From: Gemmatimonadota bacterium
GTDB lineage: Bacteria; Gemmatimonadota; Gemmatimonadetes; Longimicrobiales; Gaopeijiaceae
DNA length: 64,000 bases
Direction: 5' to 3'
Assembly: GCA_039589315.1 (NCBI GenBank)
Contig: JBDHHQ010000015.1
Location: 1 to 64,000, forward strand
Shown here: positions 29,096-39,086 of the stretch, one piece after another
Numbering within the stretch: the first letter of the stretch is position 1
How the letters are laid out: each line of letters opens with the position of its first letter
The notes under the pieces: generated by a model
Database searches by the model: none
What the model saw: the letters and a program-made list of their open reading frames with translations, nothing else
What the model was told of the DNA's origin: nothing
Program-made: the position numbers and the translations under genes

Positions 29096-31641
29096 TCGTC
29101 TTTCATAGAGCGATCGCCCCTGCCATCGTGTGCCTCGGAGTGGCCTCCGCGTCTTCGGCGGCGCAACAGACCGCTGAGATCGAGCCCGAAGCTGCCCGCT
29201 CGTTCACGTTCGAGCTTTCGATCCGGAACATCATGCGTGGCACGGAGCACGTGGGCCAAGCGCCACAGTCCGTGGCGTGGAGCGATGACGGCGAGTGGAT
29301 CTTCTTCGAGTGGCGCCCGGGTGGTGGGGTCTGGAGCGACGAGCGGAAGTGGCACCGCGTGCGCGCTGACGGCGGCGAGCCAGAGGAGCTTTCGGACGAG
29401 GCCGCCGACTCGCTCCGATTCATGTTCTCGGGCGGCGACCTGTCTCCGGACCGGTCGTGGCGGGTGACGTCCGTGCGTGGCGACCTTTACCTGGTCGACC
29501 GCGGCAACGGCACGCCGCTGCGCCTCACCCGGACTGTGGAGGCGGAGACCCAACCGCGGTTTTCGGGCGACGGCACGCGTGTCTTCTATCGCCGGGGCGC
29601 GAACCTGTATTCCCTGTCCCTGGAGGACAGCAGCGTCCGTCAGCTCACCGACTTCCGGGACGGCCCGGAGCCGGACGAGGAGGAGGACGCCGAGGGGCAG
29701 CGGGGATTCCTCGAGGATCAGCAGGAAGGGCTCTTCGAGAACATCCGCCTGAAGAAGCAGCGGGAGGAGGAGTCGGAGGCACGTGAGGAGCGGTTGGAGG
29801 GTGACCGGGCGAAGCCGTTCTACCTGAACCGACGGGAACGGGTAGCCGGTCTGTCCGCTTCGCCAGACGGGAGCCACGTGACCGCCATCCTGGCGACGCC
29901 TCCCGAGGAATCCCGCCAGACGCTCGTCCCGGATTGGGTCACGGCATCGGGTTACACGGAAGACCTGACGGTCCGGACGAAGGTAGGGGACGAGCAGTCG
30001 CTCCTCCGCGTCGGTGTCGCCGACGCGGAGACCGGCGAGGTGACGTTCCTCGACGTGGTAGACCCGGCGGACGCCTCGAGCTGCCGCCCGGGCTCGACGC
30101 CGGCCGACACGGCTCGGGACGCCACAGGTGCCGCGCCACCCTCCGGGCCGACCGGCCGCGGTGGGGCCAAGCCACCGTGCCTGGCACAGGTAACGTTCGG
30201 GGGTTGGAACGAGGCCGGCACGCAGGGCATCGTGTTCGCCGTGGACTTCGACTACAAGGCCTGGCGGCTCTTCTCCTTCGCCGCAGCCACCGGCGAGCTG
30301 ACCCACCTGGACGCCCTCGAGGACGAGGCGTGGGTCGGCGGACCGTGCTTCCTGGGGCCTCGTGCCGGAGCCGGTGGCATCACGGGGTGCATGGGTTGGA
30401 TCCCCGAGCAGGACCGGGTTTTCTACGTCAGCGAGGAGACCGGGTGGGCGCACCTGTACGCCATCGACCCGGACGGCTCCGACAAGAGGCCGCTGACCTC
30501 GGGAGCCTGGGAGGTGCACTCGGTCCTGATCCCCGAGGAGCACAGCCACTTCCTGATCCAGACGGGCGAGGTCTCGCCGTTCGACCGCCATCTGTACCGC
30601 ATGGCGTTCGACGGCTCGGACAGGGAGCGGCTGTTCGAGGGCGACGGACGCTTCGAAGGCTGGCCTTCGCCTGACGGGGATCGCATGGCGGTGCTGCATT
30701 CCCAGGCGAATCGCCCACCGGAGCTGCTCGTGGCCGACAACCGCGCCGGGGCCGAGCTCGACCAATTGACGGTGTCGCCCACCGCCGAATGGCTCACCTA
30801 TCCGTGGATCCAGCCCGAGATCGTTCGCTTCACCGCTGCCGACGGGGATTCTGTCCCGGCTCGCATCTACCGACCCGACCAGTTCGGCGCCGCCCCGAAC
30901 GGCGCAGGCGTGATCTTCGTGCACGGGGCGGGCTACACGCAGAACGTGCACAACGGCTGGAGCAACTACTACCGGGAGTTCATGTTCCACCACTTCCTGG
31001 CGAGCCAGGGCTATGCCGTCCTCGACATCGACTACCGTGGGAGCGCCGGACACGGCAGGGACTGGCGCACGGCCACGTACCGTTGGATGGGCGGCAAGGA
31101 CCTGAGCGACCAGGTCGACGGCGCTCGGTTTCTCGTGGAGGAGGAAGGGGTGGATCCGGCACGCATCGGCATCTACGGCGGGTCCTACGGCGGCTTCATC
31201 ACGCTGATGGCGCTGTTCACCGAGCCCGACGTGTTCGAAGCCGGTGCTGCCCTCCGGTCCGTGACGGATTGGGCTCACTACAACCACTGGTACACCGCAC
31301 GCATCTTGAACCAGCCCCAGGACGACGTCGAGGCCTACGAGAAGTCCTCACCCATCTACTTCGCGGAAGGACTGGAGGGTCACCTCCTCATGGCCCACGG
31401 CATGGTGGATACCAACGTCCACTACTCCGACGTCGTGCGGCTCGCTCAACGGCTCATCGAGCTCGGCAAGGAGGACTGGGAAATGGCGGTCTACCCGGTG
31501 GAGAACCACGGCTTCCGGGAGCCAAGCTCCTGGACGGACGAATACCGGAGGATCTTCGAACTCTTCGACGAGACCATCGGCCCGGGCGTGTCGGTGGAGC
31601 AGAGCCAAGGATCCGCGGGCGGGTCACGAGACGGGTCGTAG
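29092..31641 (+). CDS. S9 family peptidase (DPP IV/prolyl oligopeptidase-like), secreted
   Basis: Signal peptide, beta-propeller, HGAGY, GGSYGG nucleophile, HGMVDTNV, ENHGF. Confidence 0.92.
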   Translation: MIVFHRAIAPAIVCLGVASASSAAQQTAEIEPEAARSFTFELSIRNIMRGTEHVGQAPQSVAWSDDGEWIFFEWRPGGGVWSDERKWHRVRADGGEPEELSDEAADSLRFMFSGGDLSPDRSWRVTSVRGDLYLVDRGNGTPLRLTRTVEAETQPRFSGDGTRVFYRRGANLYSLSLEDSSVRQLTDFRDGPEPDEEEDAEGQRGFLEDQQEGLFENIRLKKQREEESEAREERLEGDRAKPFYLNRRERVAGLSASPDGSHVTAILATPPEESRQTLVPDWVTASGYTEDLTVRTKVGDEQSLLRVGVADAETGEVTFLDVVDPADASSCRPGSTPADTARDATGAAPPSGPTGRGGAKPPCLAQVTFGGWNEAGTQGIVFAVDFDYKAWRLFSFAAATGELTHLDALEDEAWVGGPCFLGPRAGAGGITGCMGWIPEQDRVFYVSEETGWAHLYAIDPDGSDKRPLTSGAWEVHSVLIPEEHSHFLIQTGEVSPFDRHLYRMAFDGSDRERLFEGDGRFEGWPSPDGDRMAVLHSQANRPPELLVADNRAGAELDQLTVSPTAEWLTYPWIQPEIVRFTAADGDSVPARIYRPDQFGAAPNGAGVIFVHGAGYTQNVHNGWSNYYREFMFHHFLASQGYAVLDIDYRGSAGHGRDWRTATYRWMGGKDLSDQVDGARFLVEEEGVDPARIGIYGGSYGGFITLMALFTEPDVFEAGAALRSVTDWAHYNHWYTARILNQPQDDVEAYEKSSPIYFAEGLEGHLLMAHGMVDTNVHYSDVVRLAQRLIELGKEDWEMAVYPVENHGFREPSSWTDEYRRIFELFDETIGPGVSVEQSQGSAGGSRDGS

Positions 31642-31859
31642 CCAGCGCGGGTGGGGCGCGATCGCCGATGCCACGGCCTGGCTCCATGCCTCCCGGTTGA
31701 GATCGGTGGTCTCGGGGGGCGCCTGCCCTCCCGGACCCCGACCACTGTCGGTCATGCGCCGATCTCTCCTGTCTCGGTCGAACGGACCCTCGAAGGGGGA
31801 GTCTCGGCGGAAGGGAGGCGGAAGTGGAGGCGCGAGGGGTTCGGGACAGCGACCCCCGT

Positions 31860-32495
31860 TCAGGCGTTCCGTCCCGGAGATCGTTCGCCCGCGGGGATTG
31901 GAAAGGGGAGCACGTTGCCCGGCGGCGCCAGCGGGCAGGCCCAGCGATCGTCGTACGCGCAGGAGGGGTTGTAGGCGAAGTTGAAGTCCAGCACCATGTC
32001 GGTCTCGCCGGCCCCGAGGTCCGCGCCCTTGATGGTGTCGTACAGGTATCGGCCTCCCCCGTACGAGCTCCTCCCGTTCGTAGCGTCGCCGAAGGGTAGG
32101 AAGAGGCCTCCGCCGTACCCCGACACCCAGAACAGATCCAACGCGCCGTCGCCCTCGGGGCAGAGGAATGCGACCCGGCCGACCCGGACGAGCGTGAGGG
32201 TACCGTCGCCGCCCGAGTCCAGGGCCAGCGTGTCACGAGCGACGTGATGCTCGACCCGGCCGACCACACGCCACCCCGGACGGTAGGGTGCGTAGGAGAG
32301 GCCGGCGAAGACGCGGCGGGCCGATTCGCCGAGGGGCGTGCTGGGGTGAGTGCGAAAGAGCCGGTCCCGCGTCTCGATGAAGTCCCGGTGGGCTCCGGGA
32401 GGGTCGCCAGCGGCCCGGTCGCGGATCCGGCCGTAGAGCTCGGACACGCGACGGCGCCAGTCGGCCAGGGGCAGGGGGTCTCGTGGCGAATCCAC
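31860..32495 (-). CDS. DUF1684 domain protein
   Basis: LFLPFGDATNG..SYGGGRYL, LDFNFAYNPSCAY...CPLAPPGN. Confidence 0.9.
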   Translation of the reverse strand: MDSPRDPLPLADWRRRVSELYGRIRDRAAGDPPGAHRDFIETRDRLFRTHPSTPLGESARRVFAGLSYAPYRPGWRVVGRVEHHVARDTLALDSGGDGTLTLVRVGRVAFLCPEGDGALDLFWVSGYGGGLFLPFGDATNGRSSYGGGRYLYDTIKGADLGAGETDMVLDFNFAYNPSCAYDDRWACPLAPPGNVLPFPIPAGERSPGRNA

Positions 32496-32546
32496 CGCTC
32501 CGCTCCGCCGTGCCGTGGGTCAGTCCTGAGTGGCTGGGCGTCGGCG

Positions 32547-34244
32547 CTACGCGCTCGCCCCTGTGGCCGCCCTACCACCCGTCATCCCGCTCACCGCGAT
32601 CCCCACCACGATCGTGGCGAAGGTCCCCACGACGTTGTAGTAGAGCCACGCCAGATCGGTGGTGACGGACACGACCGCCACCGAGAGCATCCCCGCCACC
32701 AGCCCCCAGAAGGCGCCGTGGCCGTTGGCGCCCTTGACCATGAACGCCAGCAGGAAGACCCCCAGCAGGGAGCCATAGAAGAACGACCCCACCTGATTCA
32801 CCGCCTCCAGGAGGGATCCCAGCTGCCCCGCGTAGAGCGCGAAGAGGCAAGCCACCCCTCCCCACAGCAGCGTCGTGACCTTCGAGACCAAGAGGTAGTG
32901 GGCGTCCGTGTCGCCCTTCCTGAAGTAGCGCCGGTAGAAGTCGATGACCGTGGCCGAGGAGAGCGCTGTGAGCTCGGAGTCCAGGGAGGACATGGCGGCT
33001 GCGAAGATCACGGCGATCATCAACCCGAGCACCCCCGCGGGAACGTACTGGATGAGGTAGGACGGGAAGACGTAGTTCACGTCGTTGGAGGACGCCCCCC
33101 GCACCACCTCCACGAGCGCCTTGGATTCGTCGCGGAGCGCTTCCAGGCGATCGTCGTAGTCCGCGATCTGCTGCCTGAGGCCAGAGACGTCCCCGTCCCC
33201 GTGGCGCGCGTCAAGGAGGGAAAGCGTGGCATCCCGCCGCCCTGCGTGCAAGGTCGCGTGTTCGGCCTCGAGCGCCTCGAAGGCCTCTGCCTGATCGCTC
33301 GCCTGGACGACCGCCACCTCGGCCGTGTTGAACACCAGGGGCGGCTGCTCGAAGTGGTAGAAGACGAACAGGAAGACGCCGATGGCCAGGATGAAGAACT
33401 GCATCGGGACCTTCACGAACGCGTTGAAGATCAGCGAGAGTCGGCTCTGCTTGAGGGAGCTGGCCGTCAGGTACCGCTGCACCTGGCTCTGATCCGTCCC
33501 GAAGTACGCCAGCGCCAGGAAGAAGCCGCCGATCATGCCCGACCAGAGCGTGTACTGGTTCGTGGGATCCCACGACAGGTCGATGGACTCCCACATCTGG
33601 TGGATCCCGCCGATGTACGCGACGTCGGCCACGCTCACGCCGTCGGGTAGCGCAGCGAACAGGATGAACAGGGCGACGCCGATCCCCACGAACATCATCA
33701 GCATCTGTATCACGTCGGTCCAGATGACCGCGGTGATGCCTCCCATGTAGGTGTAGGCGATGGTCACGACGCCCATGACCAGGATCGTGACCTTCTCGTC
33801 CCAGCCCATGAGCACGGAGAGCACGATCGCCGGCGCGTACAGCACGATGCCGGCTGCCAGACCCCGTTGAACCAGGAAGATGAAGCTGGCCATGGAGCGG
33901 GTCTTCGGGTCGAAACGCTTCTCCAGGTACTCGTACGCGGTGAAGACCTTCGACCGGTAGAAGAGCGGCACGAACACCACGCACAGCACCACCATGACCA
34001 GGGGCTGGGGCAGGTACACCTGGATGAAGCCCATCCCGTCGTCGAAGGCCTGTCCGGTGGTGCCGATGAAGGTGATGGCGCTGGCCTGCGTCGCCATGAC
34101 GGACAGGCCGATGGCGCCCCAGGGGAGCCGCCGGTTGGCCAGGAAGAAGCCCTCGACGCCGACGTTCTTCCGACTCTGGTAGTAGGCGAACGCGAGCACG
34201 CCTCCGAAGTACAGGAGGAAGACGGTCCAGTCGGGTGCGGTCAT
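32547..34244 (-). CDS. Sodium:solute symporter (SSS)
   Basis: SVMATQASAITF, TAYEYLEKRFD, GGITAVIWTD, GTDQSQVQRYL, AAAMSS. Confidence 0.93.
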   Translation of the reverse strand: MTAPDWTVFLLYFGGVLAFAYYQSRKNVGVEGFFLANRRLPWGAIGLSVMATQASAITFIGTTGQAFDDGMGFIQVYLPQPLVMVVLCVVFVPLFYRSKVFTAYEYLEKRFDPKTRSMASFIFLVQRGLAAGIVLYAPAIVLSVLMGWDEKVTILVMGVVTIAYTYMGGITAVIWTDVIQMLMMFVGIGVALFILFAALPDGVSVADVAYIGGIHQMWESIDLSWDPTNQYTLWSGMIGGFFLALAYFGTDQSQVQRYLTASSLKQSRLSLIFNAFVKVPMQFFILAIGVFLFVFYHFEQPPLVFNTAEVAVVQASDQAEAFEALEAEHATLHAGRRDATLSLLDARHGDGDVSGLRQQIADYDDRLEALRDESKALVEVVRGASSNDVNYVFPSYLIQYVPAGVLGLMIAVIFAAAMSSLDSELTALSSATVIDFYRRYFRKGDTDAHYLLVSKVTTLLWGGVACLFALYAGQLGSLLEAVNQVGSFFYGSLLGVFLLAFMVKGANGHGAFWGLVAGMLSVAVVSVTTDLAWLYYNVVGTFATIVVGIAVSGMTGGRAATGASA

Positions 34245-34390
34245 GAGGCGCTGAAGTCCAGCGCTACGGTGAACCAGTAGAGGAGCAGGATCATGACCAG
34301 CGTCACTACGATCACCGAAGCGTAGAGGGCCGTCCAGCTCGGGAAGATGCCGATGCGGCCGTCGTCACCGTCTTCGGGCGCTTCGATCAT
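34241..34390 (-). CDS. Small single-TM protein (49 aa) coupled to the SSS gene; absent from the ORF track
   Basis: MIEAPEDGDDGRIGIFPSWTALYASVIVVTLVMILLLYWFTVALDFSAS; GGGAG RBS; ATGA overlap with the SSS start. Confidence 0.8.
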   Translation of the reverse strand: MIEAPEDGDDGRIGIFPSWTALYASVIVVTLVMILLLYWFTVALDFSAS

Positions 34391-34449
34391 CGAGGTGCTC
34401 CCGGCGCTCGGGCGCCGTCATTGGTGAATCGGGGTGCCGACCCTGCCGA

Positions 34450-37197
34450 TCACGTCTCGGGCGACTCGGAGGTCACATACGCGTTCCACTCACTGGCCTG
34501 CAGCGACACCAGGTTGGCGAAGAGCCGGTAGGCGCCTGGAACGCCTGCGGGGAATTGGCGGAAGAACGACAACGACGTGTACACGTAGACGCCCTCCCCC
34601 ACCGGAGCGACCAGGAGCGGGCCCGTCTTGGCCTCCTCGCCGGTGTCGGCCATGGACAGCAGCGGCCGGTAGCGCGTGTCCCACTCGTCCGGAAAGTAGA
34701 GGCCCCGCTCCTGGACCCAACCCTCGAAGTCCTCGGTGGTAATGCGATTCGGAGCGGCCAGGACCGGGGCCCCCGGCTCCAGCACGGTGACCGGTGCGTT
34801 CTCCTCGGAGACCCGGTCGCGGCTGATCTGGATGGGGAAGGGGCCGTAGCCGCCCTGGGTGAACTCACGCTGGTTGTACTGCACCACCACGGTGCCGCCC
34901 CGGCGGACGAAGTCCAGGAGCTGGTCGTTGGCCGCCGCCAGATCCGGGCGTGTCTCGTATGCCCGTACGCCCAGGACCACCACGTCGTAATCGGCGAAGA
35001 GACCCGCCCGTACCGCATCAGGGCCAAGCTCCTCTACCGTCACGCCCAACTGCCTGAGCGCCGCGGGCCCCACGTCTCCCGACCCCATCACGTAGGCGAC
35101 CCGGAGGCCCGGTGTGACCTGCGCCGAGAACGCAGAGACCCTGGCTTCGGCCGGCCGGAACAGCGCGACCCGGTCGATGTGGGGGTAGTCCACCAGGGCC
35201 ACGCCCTCTTGATACTGACGGCCGTCCGCCGTCCTCGCGACTGCCCGGAACACGTGCTCTCCGGGTGCCACCGGGCCGGCGGGCGACACACTGAACGTGA
35301 ACGACCGACTGGCTCCGGGGGCCTCCAGGGTGAACCGCAGACTCGTCGGCTCGGCAGTCCACCCGTCCGGAAGCTCCAGGGCGACGGTGCCTCGGCTGCC
35401 CGCGGCCGCCTCACTGGAGACGACCACGGTCACGTCTCTCGAGCCGGCTACCTCCACCGGCCACACCATCCCGGGAGGGGTGACCGCGACGGAAACGGCG
35501 GGCACCACCAGCACGGGCTTCCTGTACTCGCCGGTGGCCTTGTCCACGCCCAGGTAGCGAGCCACCGTCGTGGGAGCCACGTCGATGGGCGCCATGGTCG
35601 GGCTGTGGGAGACCCGCGCCCGGATGGCGGCCGTCAGAAGCGGGGGATTCCCCGGCAGACCCCAGAGGGAGCGATCGCCGGGCCAGCGGTACATGGCACC
35701 GTCCCGGGGCTCGGCCAGGTAGTACTGCCGGGAGAGGTCCGCATCGGGTGGGATGGACAGCCGGTAGCTCCACCGAGCCAGCTCTCCCGGCTCCACGTCG
35801 GCCGGCCCTTCGTGCTGGGCGCCCGAGGGTCCCCCGAAGAACCCCGATCGACCGAGCACGATCTCGTCGGCTTCGGCCCATCTGGCCGTCCAGTCTCGTG
35901 GAAGAAAGACCCGGGGTGTGGCTCCGGTCACCATGAGCCCGCCGCCATTCCACAGCTCGGCGTGTACCGTGACCTCCTCGCCCGGCACGAGCAAGTCGTC
36001 GTCGACGCGGAGCTCGAGGGTGACGCCCGCAGCGGCTAGCATCGTCCGCTCCACCAGCGCTTGGCGGCGCTCCAGCACGGTGGTCAGCTCCAAGGGTGCC
36101 CCTGGCAGCGCGGCGGCCCGCTCGGTTGCCGCCCGCAGGTGGCGCAACGCCTCCGCCAGGATGGGTGCCGACCGCCACGGCTCTGAGACGTCCATGCTGG
36201 ACCTGGCCTCCACGATGGCGTCCCTGTAGCCGCGGAGCTCTCGCTGCAGCGCCTGCCGGTCGGTGCCTTCCACACCGGCGAGGATCGATAGGAACGTGGT
36301 GTCGACACCCGCGAAGGGAGAATCGTCCTCCCGGAGACCCTCGGGACCGGCCACCAGCTCGATGCGGGAGACCCGGGGGCCCGGAAACTGGCGCACGCCC
36401 ATGTCCTGGGACCGGTGCATGCTCCGGCTCGCCATCCCCAGCTGGAAGTGGGAGCGGCCCAGCAGTGGATCGAACGTGCCAGTGTGGACCTCCAGAACGG
36501 CGTCCCCACGGGTACGCCAGGCGCCCCGGTACAACTTGGTCGTCCGCCAGGGCTCGATCCCGTCGGTGAGCTGCTCCGGGAAGCGCTGCGGGTCGGCCGC
36601 CGCCCGAATAACCTCGTGTGCCACGATGCCCGCCGCCTGGTGTTGCCCGTGGCCATCGCTCGGCGTGCCGCTCCACTGGGACACGATCACGTGGGGCCGG
36701 AAGGTCCGGACGATCCACACCGCGTCCGCCAGGACCTGGTCCTGCTCCCAGAACCGCAACGTCTCCTCGGCGCTCTTCGTGTAGCCGAAGTCGTAGGCGC
36801 GCGTGAAGAACTGACTGCCGCCGTCCAGCGCGCGCGCCGCGATCAGCTCCCCAGTGCGGACCACCCCCAGGCCTTCTCCCAGCTCCGGGCCGATGAGGTT
36901 CTGACCGCCGTCGCCCCGGGTCAGGGAGAGATACGCGGTCTCGGCGCCCCACCAACGGGACAGGGCTCCCAAGAGGCTCGAGTCCTCGTCGTCGGGGTGC
37001 GCGGCAATCATCAGCACCCGCTTCACGCCGTCGAGCTCCCGCATTTGGAGCGCAACGTCCGCGGCTGTCGCCCCAACGACCGGTCCCTGAGCCGCCGCGG
37101 CATCCGGCAGCAGCCCGTGTCCGAGTGCGAGGGTCAGAACCGCGTGCGGCAAGAACGGGAGAAAGCGCCGTCGGTGGGCGCGTCGCTGTCGTGTCAT
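34450..37197 (-). CDS. Secreted PIG-L/LmbE family deacetylase with NEW3-like and C-terminal GATase-like domains
   Basis: AAHPDDED, LTRGDGGQN, RTGEL, HGQHQ, HRSQDMG, WVQERGLYF. Confidence 0.92.
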   Translation of the reverse strand: MTRQRRAHRRRFLPFLPHAVLTLALGHGLLPDAAAAQGPVVGATAADVALQMRELDGVKRVLMIAAHPDDEDSSLLGALSRWWGAETAYLSLTRGDGGQNLIGPELGEGLGVVRTGELIAARALDGGSQFFTRAYDFGYTKSAEETLRFWEQDQVLADAVWIVRTFRPHVIVSQWSGTPSDGHGQHQAAGIVAHEVIRAAADPQRFPEQLTDGIEPWRTTKLYRGAWRTRGDAVLEVHTGTFDPLLGRSHFQLGMASRSMHRSQDMGVRQFPGPRVSRIELVAGPEGLREDDSPFAGVDTTFLSILAGVEGTDRQALQRELRGYRDAIVEARSSMDVSEPWRSAPILAEALRHLRAATERAAALPGAPLELTTVLERRQALVERTMLAAAGVTLELRVDDDLLVPGEEVTVHAELWNGGGLMVTGATPRVFLPRDWTARWAEADEIVLGRSGFFGGPSGAQHEGPADVEPGELARWSYRLSIPPDADLSRQYYLAEPRDGAMYRWPGDRSLWGLPGNPPLLTAAIRARVSHSPTMAPIDVAPTTVARYLGVDKATGEYRKPVLVVPAVSVAVTPPGMVWPVEVAGSRDVTVVVSSEAAAGSRGTVALELPDGWTAEPTSLRFTLEAPGASRSFTFSVSPAGPVAPGEHVFRAVARTADGRQYQEGVALVDYPHIDRVALFRPAEARVSAFSAQVTPGLRVAYVMGSGDVGPAALRQLGVTVEELGPDAVRAGLFADYDVVVLGVRAYETRPDLAAANDQLLDFVRRGGTVVVQYNQREFTQGGYGPFPIQISRDRVSEENAPVTVLEPGAPVLAAPNRITTEDFEGWVQERGLYFPDEWDTRYRPLLSMADTGEEAKTGPLLVAPVGEGVYVYTSLSFFRQFPAGVPGAYRLFANLVSLQASEWNAYVTSESPET

Positions 37198-37449
37198 GGC
37201 GTGCAACCTAATCCCGGCACTTCCGCTCGCAAAACCAGGAGGGATCCGTTGGCGGGGTCGAGCCAAGGGGACGGCCGGCCCGATGCCCCATCCCGAACCG
37301 AGACACGGTGTTCTTGATTTTTTCTGCAGGAGCCGGGTCTATTGTCAGGTTTCCCGATCATCCGGGCTCGGCACCGGCAACGGTGCCTTCCGGCCCTGCA
37401 GCGCCGCCCGTGAGGGGCGGCCGGTCGTCACCCGAGACAGGATCCCCAC

Positions 37450-38826
37450 GTGGCTACGACGCCCTCATCGACCGACCGCGGACAGTGGAGTGGGAAGCTC
37501 GGCTTCGTCCTCGCAGCCGCAGGATCCGCCATTGGGCTCGGTAACGTCTGGCGCTTCCCCACGTCCACCGCGCAGAGCGGTGGCGGGCTTTTCGTCTTCA
37601 TCTACCTCTTCTTCGTCTTCGCCATCGGGGTCCCAGTGATCCTCGCGGAGCTGTCCCTGGGGCGGGCCTCGAAGAAGAACCCGGTCGGGGCGTTCGCCAA
37701 GCTGGCGCCGTCGTCGTGGTGGCCGGCCGTCGGCGGGCTGGGCGTTCTGACTGGCTTCGGCATCCTGGCCTTCTACGCCGTCATCGCTGGCTGGACGCTG
37801 GGCTACCTGTTCCAGGCGTTGACCGGCGCCTACGGCGCCCCGCTGTCCGCCGAGGAGAGCGGCCAGATCTTCACGGACCTGATCAGCAGCCCGGGGCGCG
37901 CCGTGTTTCTGACAGGCGTGTTCATGTTTCTGACCATCTGGGTCGTGAGAGGAGGGATCTCCAAGGGGATCGAGCGCACGACGAAGATCCTCATGCCCGT
38001 GCTGTTCGCGCTGCTCATCCTCCTGGCCCTTCGTGCCATGACCCTGCCAGGGGGGATGGAGGGCGTCGCGTTCATGTTCCAACCCGACTTCAGCGAGCTG
38101 AGCGCGGGGGTCGTCCTTGGAGCGCTGGGTCAGGCCTTCTTCAGCCTGAGTCTCGGGATGGGCGCCATGATCACGTACGGCTCCTACTTTCCCGACGGCG
38201 AGAACCTGCCGATCTCGGGCGTGTCCGTCGCGATCTTCGACACGCTCATCGCCATTCTGGCCGGGCTGATCATCTTCCCGGCCCTGTTCGCGGCGGGCGG
38301 CGACATCGAGTCCAGCGGGCCGGGCCTCGTATTCGTGGTGCTGCCCACCGTGTTCGGAACGTTGCCCGCGGGTGGGCTGCTGGCCATCGCTTTCTACGCG
38401 CTGCTGGCCATCGCCGCGCTGACGTCGACGATCAGCCTGCTGGAGGTCGTGGTCTCTTACTTCATCGATGAGAAGGCGTGGTCTCGGAGCAAGGCGGCAT
38501 GGACCATCGGCGTGGCATGCTTCGCCCTCGCGATCCCGTCGGCCCTTTCGAACGGCGCCGTGCCGGCTCTGGCCAATATCTTCGGAACCGACTGGCTGAC
38601 CCTGAACAGCATAGTGTGGGGCAACTACTCCCTGAGCATCGGGGCGTTTCTGACCTGCATCTTCGTCGGGTGGAAGTGGGGCATGCCCAAGGCCGTCGAG
38701 GTCCTGGAACAGGGGGGACACGCGCTGCCGGGCAAGGGCGCCCTGGGCCTGCTGATCATGGTCATCTGCCCGCTGGCCATCACGGTCACGTTGGCGTTCA
38801 TCGTGATCACGGGGAACTACCTGTAG
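37450..38826 (+). CDS. Sodium-dependent transporter, NSS/SNF family
   Basis: WSGKLGFVLAAAGSAIGLGNVWRFP, QAFFSLSLG, GPGLVFVVLP, AALTSTISLLE. Confidence 0.95.
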   Translation: MATTPSSTDRGQWSGKLGFVLAAAGSAIGLGNVWRFPTSTAQSGGGLFVFIYLFFVFAIGVPVILAELSLGRASKKNPVGAFAKLAPSSWWPAVGGLGVLTGFGILAFYAVIAGWTLGYLFQALTGAYGAPLSAEESGQIFTDLISSPGRAVFLTGVFMFLTIWVVRGGISKGIERTTKILMPVLFALLILLALRAMTLPGGMEGVAFMFQPDFSELSAGVVLGALGQAFFSLSLGMGAMITYGSYFPDGENLPISGVSVAIFDTLIAILAGLIIFPALFAAGGDIESSGPGLVFVVLPTVFGTLPAGGLLAIAFYALLAIAALTSTISLLEVVVSYFIDEKAWSRSKAAWTIGVACFALAIPSALSNGAVPALANIFGTDWLTLNSIVWGNYSLSIGAFLTCIFVGWKWGMPKAVEVLEQGGHALPGKGALGLLIMVICPLAITVTLAFIVITGNYL

Positions 38827-39086
38827 GGCCGTAACGGGCGACCCACCGGGGCCGAGGTTGGCCCTTCCGGACACGAGATCCGCCGCTGCGAGGTACCAGC
38901 GCTGGTGCCGTACCGGCGAGACGCGGCGGCCGCCGGCGAGAGGCGTTGGCACCCGACGGGACGGAGCTGTGCGGCCGGTCCCGTCCTGAACGGATGGGGG
39001 GCCCAGGTGTACGAGGACGCCCCGGTCCAGGAAATCGCGACCGATGGAGCGAGTCGCGAGTCAACCACGATCCCAGCAACCAGCCC

